A stretch of DNA of 64,000 bases from the human T2T-CHM13v2.0 reference genome, Homo sapiens, in the NCBI RefSeq assembly GCF_009914755.1, contig NC_060947.1. One strand, 5' to 3'. Positions within the stretch are counted from its first letter, which is position 1. Each line of letters opens with the position of its first letter. Shown in pieces: positions 1-13,250 of the stretch. The notes under the pieces are model-generated. The model did not search any database. It was not told the origin of the DNA and worked only from the letters and a program-made list of their open reading frames with translations. Position numbers and translations under genes: made by a program.

Positions 1-530
1 GTCATCATTATAACTTTGCCTTATATAGTACAATGACAAACTGAGAAGGCTGCTGAAATGCAGAGGGCTCCTATACTGAACGTACCAAAACAGTCAGGTT
101 TTGTGGCTTTTGTTTTGTTTTGTTTTTTTAGCTTTTCTCTTGATATTAAGCTGTTGCTTATTACTTATGGCTATCAGTGTTCCTAAAATGGCTTCATCCT
201 CTTTTCAATTTACTGGGATCTGGGAACCAAGCTTACCAAAAATATGTATTATTTCGGAGCCAAAGAGGCTCCGAAAAGCTTCTTTTACAAAGGTGCTTAT
301 GCTTTGTTACAATCAATGCTCCTATATCTCACAACGGTTTCAAGGAGTGAATTCCACTAATTCTGTGAGAAGTCTGATCCAGAGATAAACAGGACATTAC
401 CATATAATTTCTAATGACTGCATAAAATAATTATGTAAACTAAATGAGGGTCCTAAAAGTTGGTCATGCTACCCCAAAAGTGATTTACACCAGGCCCAGG
501 ATTCATAACTAGAAAATGTAGTATTTCTTA

Positions 531-683
<153 letters not shown>

Positions 684-1729
684 CTATTGAAAGAGAGAAA
701 ACAAAGCAGTGAATAACATGTCATTTCAAACATAACCATAATTCAATAACGTAGAATTTATATATTTGAGAAATACATGAAAACATTACAAATATAACTT
801 TTATTCTGAATCTAAGGCTAATATCTTTCAAAATCAAAATATTTTAGAGAAAAATTATTTCAATTACTTTAAAAAAGTTATTCATTTCTCTTAAATGTCT
901 TACTTTCAATTTTAGCCACTCTCATATTGTTAAAAAAGTAATTTAGTGGTCATGAAGGGACATGTACTATACATTTATTTATTAAGCTACCAAAACACTA
1001 CAGAAAATTCAAAAAAAATTTCCATATTTCCATTTTTGTAGTAGAAAATTTATATACATTTTGGCTATTTGTCAGTTTTTTATTTAAAACACTTTGGAGT
1101 CCCAAGTCTAAACTCATGGTAGAGCTGAGTTGCAATACTCCTTTTAGGAAAGCAGAGGGCTTGGTATTGACTATATCAAACAAAGTTGAGTTACTGAAAA
1201 TTTCCTCACAAATGCAATTTTCCAATAATACTTAATCTGATCTAAATCCATCTCACATTTTTTTCTTTGTACCATGTTCCTGAGGCAACATTCCCATTAA
1301 ATTCTTTTGCTTTACTTTCAGCTTTAAAGGCAGAATATTAAGAATAAAAACCACATTTTCTAATACCAAACTAAGTAGACCAATACATATATATTCTAAA
1401 ACTACTACATTATTATGATTGGCAAAACAATCCCCATTTAAACATTAAAATCATAACTTGATTTCTGGAAAAGGTATTAAAAAGAATAAAACATACCCAA
1501 AAAACACTGAAAAAGAAAAAAGTAAAAAAAAAAAAAGATACTGCTTATTACTGCTGAGGGCATATGAAAATGAGCACTCTAATACACTGTTGATGGAGAA
1601 TACACTGAAATAATCTTTCTGGAGAGCAATTTGCTATATATTACAAGCTTTTAAAATAATTTTGCCCTTTGTGTCAATAATTCTACTTCTGGGAATTTAT
1701 GCTAAAAAAAAACCCTTATAAATATGCTC

Positions 1730-2480
1730 TAAGTTGAATCAATTTTATCTCCTAAAAATCTCTTGAATCTATTTCTTTCCATTTCTAACCATAAACCTCA
1801 TCTGAGCTATCATCAATTATCGCGTAAACCACTGCAACAATCTCCTAACTGATCTCCCTGCATCTACTTTGTCCTTATCTAGTAAGTTCACCCTGCAATC
1901 AGATTTCCCTTCCAGCTTAAAACCCTTAAGCAGTATCCTATCATTCTTGGGATAAAAACTAAAATCTGTAACATGGCTTATAAGGCTCTGCTTGGTCTGG
2001 CCTCTGGATACCTCTCCAGTTATGTTTTATACCACTGCTTTCAGTGCTTAGGCCACACTGCCTTTCTTTTAGTTCCTTAAACATTCCATAATCCCTTCTG
2101 TCATGGGGACTTTACACAGTAATGTCTACTCTGTCGGGAATAATCTCTCTCTCTCTAACACCTTCCCCTGTGGCCCCTTCAACCTCTTTCAACTAGTTGA
2201 CCAACAGCTCAAATAGCATTTCCTCAATAATGTCTTCCCCAGCCCATCAGGGTCCTTTGCCTTATTCTCGCACAGTACATTATTCCTTTCTTTCACAGTA
2301 TCCATTTCAGTTATAAACTACATAAACAGCAGTACAATTATTTGATTAATATCCACTCTCCTGCACATTCCACATGAGTAATCACTCTAACAGTAGTGCT
2401 TACTGTTGTAACTCAAAGCCAAATACAGTGACTGACATACAATAGGTACCTAATGAGTATTTGTTGAATAAAGGAATGGA
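1730..2480 (+). mobile_element. L2 LINE 3' fragment
   Basis: Degenerate L2-like sequence ending in the typical tail gtatttgttgaataaaggaatg. Confidence 0.7.
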
Positions 2481-2890
2481 AATTTAGCTATAAGGTTGTT
2501 TATACCAATTCTGTTTTAATAGAAACAAAATTGGAAACAGCCTAAGTGATACATGTTGGAGAACGGTGTAAATAGAGTGAACACATACAACAAAATGCAG
2601 CCATTCAGATATGTATGTAGTGACAGAGGAATGTGTTAAATGAAAAAAGCAGAGTGAAAAAAATATTTTTGTGGGAAAAAATGTGATATATGTAGGAGTT
2701 TACACCAAAAGTGTCAATAACAGTAGCTGTGAGTGGGTGGAATCATTGATACTTTTTTATGGCCTTTTGTTGTTGTTGTTGGCTAGCTTCTACTTTTTAT
2801 AATTCACATATATTCAGCAGGGGTTAGGGAGGGAAGTTATATAATTTCGAGTAGATTTGCAAAGCAAGGAACGGGGGGAAATTGTCAACA

Positions 2891-2977
2891 TATAATATAA
2901 AACTAACCTGTATTATATAAGGTACTGTCAAGGCCCAGGACAGTACCTTATATAATACAGGTTAGTTTCATATTATA
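2891..2977. repeat. Inverted repeat, 39-bp arms (38/39 match), 9-nt spacer
   Basis: tataatataaaactaacctgtattatataaggtactgtc-aaggcccag-gacagtaccttatataatacaggttagtttcatattata. Confidence 0.95.
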
Positions 2978-3675
2978 GTTATCCCTCTAGGACTCAGCAA
3001 ACTACTTTTCTAGTCTTTTAGGCAGTTTATCGCATAAAGAGTATTAGAAATAAAATTGTTCATATTGTAAAAACACAAGAGTTATCTTCCTGAACTGCTT
3101 TAAATACATAAGATGACAAAAATATGAAATGCTGAAAGTATAGTTCTTAATGTTTTATTTTATACACACACATATACATGCTCTTATAACTGGTAAGACC
3201 TTTTAAGGCAGTAATTTTAAAATTCCCTTTCCCAATAGAACTATTATGAAATAAATATAATTTAAAGCATTATAACACAAACTAGGGCATTTCAACCACT
3301 TTCTCATTTCATGAGTTTTGTCTGTCTTACTTTTCTTGATGGAATAATGGAAAAAGGCCCTGCTTTCACGTATCTTTAGAAACACTCTCTTCTATCAAAA
3401 CCTTCTACAACACATCCCAGAATTTTTTCAATAAGGACACAGTGAAGTTATGGCTAAGAGCAAGAAAATTATTCTAGTTGGCTTAATAGTGCATAAAATG
3501 TCACCACTTCATTTAACAAAATGGGTTCTGAAGTTATGTAATCATGCATTATGAGTCCATTAAGCTGTAAAGTACATGAATTCCATTAGTTTTGATAAAC
3601 TATAAAGTTTGAAAAATAATGCATTTTTTTAACTGGAGACCAAACCAAAGAGGCATTTCAGAGTCCGAGGCACAG

Positions 3676-5668
3676 TTTTTATTGATTCATAATATTTTAC
3701 ATATTTATGGGGTACACGTGAGATTTTGTTGAATGTACAGAATATGTAATGATCAAATCGGAGTATTTGGGGTATCTATCTCCTTGAGTATTTATCATTT
3801 CTATGGGTTGGGAACATTTCAAGTTCTCTCTTCCAGGTACTTTGAAATACACGTTATTGCTAATTATAGTCACCCTGCTCTGCTATCAAACATTAAAACT
3901 TACACCTTTTATCTAACTGTAGGTTTGTACCCATTGACCAATCTCCCTCTATCCCCCACTCCTAACCACACACCCTTCCCAGGCTCTGATATCTATCACT
4001 CTATTCTCTACCTCTATAAGATCAACTTTCTTAGATAACATGTGATATTTGTCTTTCTGTGTCTGACTTATTTCACTTAACATACTAACCTCCAGTTCCA
4101 TCCATGTCGCTGCAAATGACAGGATTTCACTTTTTTGTAGACTAAGAGTATTCCACATTTATATTATCGTATTTCCCACTGATGGACACTTAGATTGATT
4201 CCATATCAGCTATTGTGAAACGTACTGCAATCAACATACAACATGCAGGTATCCTTTTGATATACTGATTACCTTTCCTTTGGATAAATATCAGGTAGTG
4301 GGATGGCTGGATCATACGGTAGTTCTAGTTTTAGTTTTTTGAGAAATCTCCATACTGTTTTTCATAGTGGCTGTACTAATTTACAGTCCCACCAACAGTG
4401 TATAAGAGCTTCCTTTTCTCTGCATCCTCACCAATATCTGTTATTTTTTGTCTTTTTATTCATGGCCATTATAACTGAGGGAAGAGGATACCTCATGTGG
4501 TCTTGATTTGCATTTCCCTGGTGATTAGTGACGTTGAACATTTTTCCACATACTTGTTGGTCATCAATATGTCTTCTTTTGAGAAATGTCTTTTTAATTG
4601 ATTTTTTTATTATTGAGTTGAATTCCTTGTATATTCTGAATATTAGTCTCTTGTTGGATGAATAGTTTGAAAATATTTTCTCCCATTTAACAGGTTGTCT
4701 CTTCACTCTGTTGTTCCTTTTGCTGTGTGGAAGCTTTTAAGCTTAATATAGTCCCAGCTGTCTATTTTTGGTTTTGTTATCTGCTTTTCAGGTCTTCACC
4801 ACAAAATCTTTGCATAGACCAATGTCCTAAAGTATTTTCCCTATTTTTTCTTCCAGTAGTTTTACAGATTCAAGTCTTACATTTAAGTCTTTAATCCATC
4901 TTGAGTTGATTTTTGTACATGGTGAGAGACAGGGATTCAGTTTCATTCTTCTATATACGGACTCCAATTTTGCCAGCACAATTTATTAAGGAGAGTGTCC
5001 TTTTCCCATGTATGTTCTTGATGCCTTTGTCGAAAATCAGTTGGCTATAAATACATGGATTTATATTTGGACTCCCTATTCTGCTCTGTTGGTCTATGTA
5101 TGTGTTTATACCAATACCATGCCATTTTTGTTACTATAGCGTTATAATATATTTTGAAGTCAGGTAGTGTGATGTCTCTAGCTTTGTTCTTTTTGCTCAG
5201 GATTGCTCTGGGTATATGGGCTCTTTTTTTGGTTCCATACAAATTTTGGAATTCTTTTTTCTATTTCTGTGAAAAATGATGTTATAACTATCCTTGTAGA
5301 GATCTTGCACCTCCTTGGTTAGATTTAATCCTGAGTAATTTTTTTGGTAGCTATTGTAAGTGGGATTGCCTTCTTCATTTTCTTCTTAGCGATTTCACCA
5401 TTGGTGTATAGAAAGACTACTGATTTTTGTATGTTGATTTTGTGTCCTGTAACTTTACCAAATTTATTTATCAGATGTAAGAGTTTCATTGGTGTAGTCT
5501 TTAGTTTTTTTCTAGATATAAAATCATATCATCAACTAAGAGGGACAATCTGACTTCTTTCCCAATTTGGATGTCTTTTATTTGTTTCTCTTACCTGATG
5601 GCTCTGGCTAGGACTTCCAGTACCATGTTGAATACGAGTAGTGAAAATGGGCATCCCTGTCTTGTTAC

Positions 5669-5733
<65 letters not shown>

Positions 5734-5893
5734 TGGAAAGGCTTTCAACTCTTCCCTATTCGGTATGTTGTTAGCTGTGGGTAAGTCATATATGGCATTT
5801 ATTATGTTGAGTTTTTCTATGCCTACTGTGCTGAAAGTTTTTATTATGAAGAGATTTTGAATTTTATCAAATGCTCTTCCTGTGTCTATTGAC
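3676..5893 (-). mobile_element. 5'-truncated L1 (L1MA-like), sense to ABCB7
   Basis: Minus-strand ORF fragments match L1 ORF2 ([30 protein letters not shown]). An L1MA-type 3'UTR ends near 3676. Confidence 0.9.
5671..5732. repeat. T62 homopolymer
   Basis: 62 uninterrupted T residues inside L1 ORF2-derived sequence. Confidence 0.95.
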
Positions 5894-8430
5894 AAATAAA
5901 AGATTGATTCTTTGAAAAGATAAATAAAGCTGAAAGACCACTAGCTAGATTAACCAAGAACAAAATATAAGATTCAAATACGTGTAATCAGAAATGGAAA
6001 AGGAGACGTTACAACTGATACCACAGAAATACAAAATATCATCGGAGACTACTATGAGCACTTCTATGCATACAAACTAGAAAACCTAGAGGAAATATAT
6101 AAATTTCTGGAAATGTACAACCTCCCAAGATTGAATGAGGAAAAAAACAGAAATACAGAACCCACCAACAATGAGTTCCAAAATTGAATCAGTAATAAAA
6201 AACCTCGAAACAAACAAACCCAAAAACCCCAGAACCAGGCAGATTCACAAATTCCATGAGACATATAAATAACTGGCACTAATCCTACTGAAACTGTTCC
6301 AAAACATTTCAGGAAGAGGGAATCCTCCGTAACTCATTCTACAAGGGCAGCATTACCCTAAAACCAAAACCAGGCAAGGAAACAACCCAAAACAAAACAA
6401 AAAACTACAGGCCAATATCCCTGATGAACACAGATGTAAAAATCCTCAACAAAGTATCAGTAAACCAAATCCAACAGCACAAGATAAAGATAACATACCA
6501 TGATCAAGTGGGTTTTATTCCAGGGATGCAAGAATATATGCAAATCAATAAATGTGATTCACTACATAAACAGAATTAAAAACAAAAACCATATGATCAT
6601 CTCAATAGATGCAGAAAAAGCATTCAATAAAATCCAGCATAAACCTTCAATAAACTAGACATAGAAAAAATACACCTCAAAATAATCAAAGCCACATATG
6701 GCAAACCCAGAGTCAACACCACACTGAATGGGGAAAACTTGAAAACACTCCTGAGAACGAGAATAGAACAAGGATGCCTGCTTTCAACCACTCCTATTCA
6801 ACATCTTATTGGGAGTCCTAGCTACAGCAATCAGAGAAGAGAAATAAATAAAAAGCATCCAAACTGGAAAAGAGGAAGTCAAATTATCTCTTTTTGATCT
6901 TACACCTAGAAAACTCCTCCAAAATGGTCCTCCAAAAGGGTCCTAGATTTGATAAATAACTTCAGTAAAGTTCAGGATACAAAATCAATGTACAAAAATG
7001 AGCATTTCTATACATCAATAACAAGCAGAGAACCAATCAAGAGCTCAATCTCATTTACAATAACTACAAGAAAATAAAATATCTAGAAATACATTTAGCC
7101 CATGAGTTGAAAGATGTCTACAAGAAGAACTATAAAACACTGATGAAAGAAGTCATAGATGACACAAACAAATGGAAAAACAAACTCAAGGATTGAAAGA
7201 ATCAATATGGTTAAAAAGACCATACTGTCCAAAGCAATTTACAGATTCAACACTATTCCTATCAAACTACTAATGTCATTTTTCACAGAATTAGAAAAAA
7301 CTGTTCTAAAATTCATATTGAACCAAAAAAGAGGCAGAATACCCAAAGCAATCCTAAGCAAAAAGAATAAAGCAAGAGGTACCACATTATCTGACTTCAA
7401 ATTATACTACAAGGCTACAATAACCAAAACAGCCTGTACTGGTATAAAAATACACACATAAATCAATCAGAAAGCAAGCCACATATGTACAACTAACAGA
7501 TCTTTGACAAAGTTGACAAAAGTATATACTGGGGAAAGGACAATCTATTCAATAAATACTGCTGGGAAAATCAGATAGTCACATACAGAATAATGACACT
7601 GGACCCATATCTCTCACTAAAAACAAAAATTAACTAAGATCTAACTATAAAAAGCCTAGAAGAAAACCTAGAAAAAACTTTTCTAGACATTGGCCTAGGT
7701 AAAGAATTTATGACTAAGACTGCAAAAGCACAGATAACAAAAGTAAAAACAGACAAATGGGACTCAAATGAAAAAGATTCTATACAGCAAAATAAATAAT
7801 TAACAGATTAAATAGAAAACTTACAGAATGGGAGAAAATATCTGCAAACTATGCACCCAATAAAGAACTAATATCCAGGATCTAAAAGGAACTCAAAGAA
7901 CTCAACAAGAAAAAAACAAGTAACTCCATCAAGAAGCGAGCTAAAGACATGAACAGATAGTTTTCAAAAGAAGACATATAAGCAGCCAACAAACATATGA
8001 AAAAATGTTCAACATCAATAATCATCAAAGAAATCCAAACTAAAACCACAATGAGATTCCATCTTACACCAGTCAGAATGGCTATTATTAAATAATTAAA
8101 AAACAACAGATGTTGGTGAGGATGTAGTAATTAAAAAACAACAGATGTTGGTGAGGAGGTAGAGAAAAGGGAATGCTTATACACTGTTGGTGGTAATGGA
8201 AATTAGTACAACCGCTATGGAAAACAGTATGGAGATTTCTCAAAGAGCTAAAAATAAAACTACCATTCAATCCAGTGATCCTATTCCTGGGTATCTTCCT
8301 AAAGGGAAACAAATCATATAAAAAAGACACCTGCACTCATATGTTTACCACAGCACAATTCATACTAGCAAAGTAATGGAATCAACCTAAATGTCCATCA
8401 ACAGATGAGTGAATAAAGAATATGTGGTAT
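5894..8430 (+). mobile_element. L1 ORF2/3' fragment (L1PB/L1MA-like), decayed
   Basis: ORF2-like peptides ([33 protein letters not shown]) with many frameshifts. It stops abruptly at ...aatatgtggtat. Confidence 0.9.
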
Positions 8431-8439
8431 AGAGTATCA

Positions 8440-10070
8440 TCAAGGGATGCAGAGCACGATGGTGGACTATAAGGCTCCACCAATCATCCCCCTTCCCTTC
8501 AAGGACACCAATTTAACAACTATCTACACAGAAAAAACACCTTCATAAGAATCAAAAATCAGGTGAGCCCTCATAGTACCCGATTTTAATGCCGTATTGC
8601 TGAGTCACTGAAGAGATAGAAAAAACAGTCCTAAATTGCTGACACCACCCCTCCCCGACACCGCAGAAGCAGTGGTGTGGTGTGGAGAGCATCTCTGGGT
8701 GCTGGAAGCGGGAGAGCACCGCAACTGTGAGGTGCTGAACTCAGTGCTGTCCTGTTAGAGCAGAAAGGAACACCAGAAACAGGACGAAACTCAGCTGATG
8801 CCCGTCGGCAGAGGAAGCATTTAAACCAGCCCTAGCCAGATGAGAGTAATCGATCCCATAAACCCTGCCCCTGCAGGCTAAAGTGCTTTGTGCTCTAAAT
8901 AAGCTTGAAAGGCAGTCTAAGCCATAAAGACTGCAACTAACCGGTGAGCCCTAGTACCGAACTGGGCCCAGAGATGGTGGGCTGAGGGCGAGGGTCACAC
9001 AACCTACTGAGACACCAGCTGGGGTGGCTAAGGGAGTGCTGGCATTGCTCTCCCCTCACCCCAGGTTGTACAGCCACTGCTCCCAAACAGATCCCTTCCT
9101 TCCACGTGAGGAGAGGGCAGAGTGGGGAGGACTTTGTCTTGCATCTTGGATATCAGCTAAGCAACAACAGGATAGGGCAACTGTCAGAGTCGTGAGGGCC
9201 CTATTCCAGGCCCTAGCTCCTGGACCCATTTCCAGACACGCCCTAGGCCACAAGGGAATCCACGGCCTTGAAGGGAAGGACCCAGTCCTACCAACACTCA
9301 TCACCTGCTAACTGAAGAGCCCTTGGGCCCTGAATAACCAGAAGTGATACACAGTTACTACATCAAAGGTGAGCCTCTGAGAATTGCTGGCTTCAGGTGA
9401 GACTCGGTACATTGCCACCCGTGGTGGCTAGGTGCGAAGCTCCTTCTGCTTGAGAAAAGCAGGGGGGAAAGTGAAGGGAACTTTGTCTTGCACCTTAGGT
9501 ACCAGCACAGCCACAGAGGGGTATAGCACCAAGCAGGCACTGGATGGTACCGGATTATAGGATTTGACTCTTGGACAGCATCTCTAGACCTGCCCTGGGC
9601 CAGAAGGGGGCCCACTGCCCTGAAGGGTGAGTCTCTGGCCAGGCAGCATTTACCACAAGCTGACTGAAGAGCCCTTGGGCCTTAAGGGGACATTGGGGGT
9701 AGTCTGGCAGTACTCCCCGTGACCTGTGGTGGCTGTGGCTACAGAGTGAGGCTCCTCTGATTTTGGCAAGGGGAGAGGAGTGGGAAGGACTGCATCCTGT
9801 GGTATGAGTGCCGGCTCAGCCTCAGTATAACAGAACACCTGGCAGACTTCTAAGGTTTTTGACCCTAGTTCCTGACTCACAGACAGCACCTCTGGACCCA
9901 TGCAAGGCCTGGGGGAACTCGCCACCCAGAGAGGAGGAACGTGGGCCTGGCTGGCAAAGAATGTGGGCCTGGCTGGCTTTGCCACCTGCTGACTGCATAG
10001 TCCCAGGGACTTACCAAACATAGGCAGTAGCCAGGGAGTGGTTACAGCAGATCCTCGGTGAGAACCTGTT
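8440..10070 (+). mobile_element. Old L1 5'UTR region with internal monomer-like repeats of about 350 bp
   Basis: Begins gcagagcacgatggtggactat, like L1M/L1PB 5' ends. GC-rich, with recurring motifs actttgtcttgca and ctgaagagcccttgggcc. Confidence 0.7.
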
Positions 10071-12623
10071 CCTCCTCTGCTATCAGAATATACAACATGC
10101 CTCAAATTTACAGCCCCATTGCAATGTAAAACTAGTACTCTATTAGTATGAGGAATTAAAGTTTTTAGAAAATCTCAACTATATATTGGAATTAGATAGT
10201 CATAGTTAAAGGAAGCAATTAGATCCAGAAAAAAAAAAAAAACCACAATGGTAACAAAGAAATAAATTCAGATAGAGTCACTAAGATCTTGGAATAGTAA
10301 CAAAATTTTATTTACTTTTTTTTCAGAAATGACTTTAGAAGAAAAAGTTCGGAAATGACAGAGGGCTGAGAGAAGCTGAAAGCAACTGAAAACGAGGTGG
10401 CCCAAGAGAAAAAAATCAGAAGAAAAAGAAACTTGACTGATATCAGAAATACTCACTAAATACTTATTCCATTAATTAATTAATGTATCTATTTTCAAAC
10501 ACATGATGGGAAATTCTTATTAATATCCTAGAGGCAATACCTAATAATTAAATCACCACAACTTCTGACAGATTTTTAAATATTTACTTATTTGGTATTA
10601 ACATACAGCTTCATAAGCTTCATGAGGCTGGACAGGTAAGAAATAATGAAAAGAACATCTATACAATGAAATAGCACAATCACAGTATGGTGGGTCAAAA
10701 ACAAATACATAAATAAATAAGTACACAAATAAAACTGGAAGTACCAAACTCAGTAGGGTGTAACTGGAAAGCCACAAATTATACTTCTCATGAATTGACA
10801 GTGCTCAATTTGACAGTGTGATTTGAGGAAGAGAAGCACTGCCTCATGGCCAAATGTACTACAAGTGAACAGCTATACCTAATAACGATGTAGACAAGAC
10901 CTGAGAATAAAAAACCAAAACAGCTGGAGCAGCTCATTTGGTAGAATTTTCAGATATTAAAGATAACTGTATATTAATAAATTGAATACACATTCTGTTT
11001 CTCAGGTAAGTAAGTTTCTATTTCTCGCCAGGAAAGGTCAAGCACTGAAGCAAGAGCCTATTTTTCTATCCGTTGCTTGTTCTTTTCAAGGGAGTGAAGC
11101 CCAGTGGCCCTTGATAAGAAAATGAAGAGTAAGAAAAAAAAAATGATCTTTTGATAAAGGTAGAAGAATCACCTTTTCCTTAGCCGATGAGGAATTTCTC
11201 TAAGAATTCTGGTTTTACAGACATTCCTAAATTCTAAAAGCAAGAAATGTAATACCTCATAGAATCAAGGGACTGATTTTGAAAGAAACTACTTGGGGAC
11301 AAAACTTGTAGTGAGGAACTAAAAAACATAAAAAAAAATTGGAATGCTGTTTTGTAAAAATATGAGCTATAGGCTGAAGGTTTTCTCCCTAAAGAACCAA
11401 TCTAGAAGAAAATTTGGAAGTGTCCATAATTTCAGGGATAAGCAAACTATCCAGAGAAAAGAACTGTCTCCTCAACCCAACAACTGCAATAAAAGGAAGA
11501 AACCACTTCAGTACTATTAAAGATAACAATGGATTTATAAAAAGAAGGTCAAAAACTAGCGAGTTCAGTCGATGTCTAAAAAATCCAGAGTATAACTGGA
11601 AAATTTTTATTGTGTTGTTGGAGAGATACATATAGTGAATTTGGGATAAGAGAAGAAAATATGTATGAGTTGTCAGGAAAGGCTTTACAATTTTTGTTAC
11701 ATTATACTTCAGGGTTTGTTTTCCGAGCTTTGTTGGTCTGAAAGTTCAATGAAGAACTTATTCGGTGGTGATTAGACCCTTTCCTTAAATGGATTATGCT
11801 ACATATAAGATGGATTTGTATTTTACAGTCCATTTAATAATTTACAATAAAAAGAACTACCCGCCAGACTGATATTCAAGTTGGCCAGTCAATGAATTTT
11901 CTATCCCAAAGGAAAGACAATTTTAGAAATCAAATGAAGATCATAAGGCTATTTGATTATGTATGAAATCAGAGCTGGAATACAGCCTCACCATGTCATC
12001 CAGGTATGCTTGCCCACTGGTCTAATGTGTCCACTCATTTTAACAAACCTCTTCCCAATCTTCCAATTTTTAATCCTCCAAGTTACTCCAAGTTTTAATA
12101 CCAATTTCTAATATTCCAAGTTACTGTTTCACTTCTTCTGATTACATCAAGCTCTCCAATTGCTTAAGTAAGTGAAAATTTCTCTTTAAAAACTACTAGC
12201 TTCTGACTGTGTCCAATCAATAAGAATGTGTTTCTAACATAAAAAAGAGTATGTCAAGCAAAATCTCAGAAAGAATCCTTTCATTAGGGTCTTCATTATT
12301 TGTGTCCTTATTAAGATACATGGCTAACTAAATTTACTAGCAGATGCCTCTTCAAAGCAGCATATAAATAAAAATTTAAATGCAGGAATAAAGCTCCAAA
12401 ATCCTTTAAAAATCTGGGGATTCTATTATAAAACAATTCCTTAATTCATCTACTTTAAAAACTGGAGTTTTCAAATACTGAAATTGCCACTCCTTTTTCA
12501 CAAACCCTTTATGATCCCATGCTATATAAATGGATGATTTAAATAAATTCCAAGCAGCATTATTAATACTGATTGTTAGCTGTTAAGAACACACACATGT
12601 AAATGAATAAAAAGGGAAGCAAA

Positions 12624-12745
12624 GCTGGGTTTGGTGGTGCACACTTGTAGTCCCAGCTACTCTGGGAGCCTAAGGTGGGAGAATCGCTTGGGCCCAGGAG
12701 TCGAGAGCAGCTTGGGCAACACAGAGAGATCCCTTCTCTATAAAC
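12624..12745 (+). mobile_element. Alu monomer (FLAM-like)
   Basis: Single diverged 7SL-derived arm: ttgtagtcccagctact...cccaggagtcgag. Confidence 0.8.
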
Positions 12746-12999
12746 AAGCACACAAAAAGTAAAGCACTACAGATTTCAGTTGGTTATAAGGTAAAATCTA
12801 TTATTTGTCACAGTGATAAAACTTCTACATGGCAGTTTACATATTCTGCCATGTTGTTAAGTTTCTAGACAGCAGAGATTTTGTCTTGCATATCTCCAGT
12901 ACTTAACACAGAGTTTAGCACAAAGAAGGTATTCAATATATACTTTTTAAATAAATGGATTATGGTAGAGGACAGGCCTTACAATCTCACATTATAACA

Positions 13000-13250
13000 A
13001 CAGCAGCTAAAATTTATTGAGCACTTACTATGTGTCAAGCACTATTTAAGAGCTTTAACATGGTGTGAGGAGTTAACTCATTTAAATCCCCTTCAAAATT
13101 ATCATCTCCATTTTACAGATGAAGAAACTGAAGTACACAGAGATTAAGTAACTAGCTCAAGGTCATTCTACTAGCAAGTGATGGAGCCACAATTCAAATC
13201 CAGGCAGTCTGGCTCCAGAGCTCAAGCTCTTAACTACAACTCCACACTAT
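13000..13250 (-). mobile_element. MIR SINE
   Basis: MIR core ccattttacagatgaagaaactgaag...aaggtca. Confidence 0.85.

Noticed and set aside
2948-2968. Resemblance of the hairpin arm (ATATAATACA) to miR-374 family 5' ends
   Set aside because: Only about 10 AT-rich bases match and the rest differs; insufficient for homology.
9024-10105. Cluster of GC-rich ORFs suggesting a gene or CpG island
   Set aside because: Lies in an L1 5'UTR with monomer repeats and is CpG-depleted.
10990-11015. ttctgtttctcag|gtaagt, a recursive-splice-like AG/GT motif
   Set aside because: It is on the plus strand, antisense to ABCB7, and no plus-strand transcript is evident.
11389-11635. Overlapping ORFs on both strands in apparently unique sequence
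   Set aside because: Short, with no recognisable domain or exon boundaries; expected by chance.
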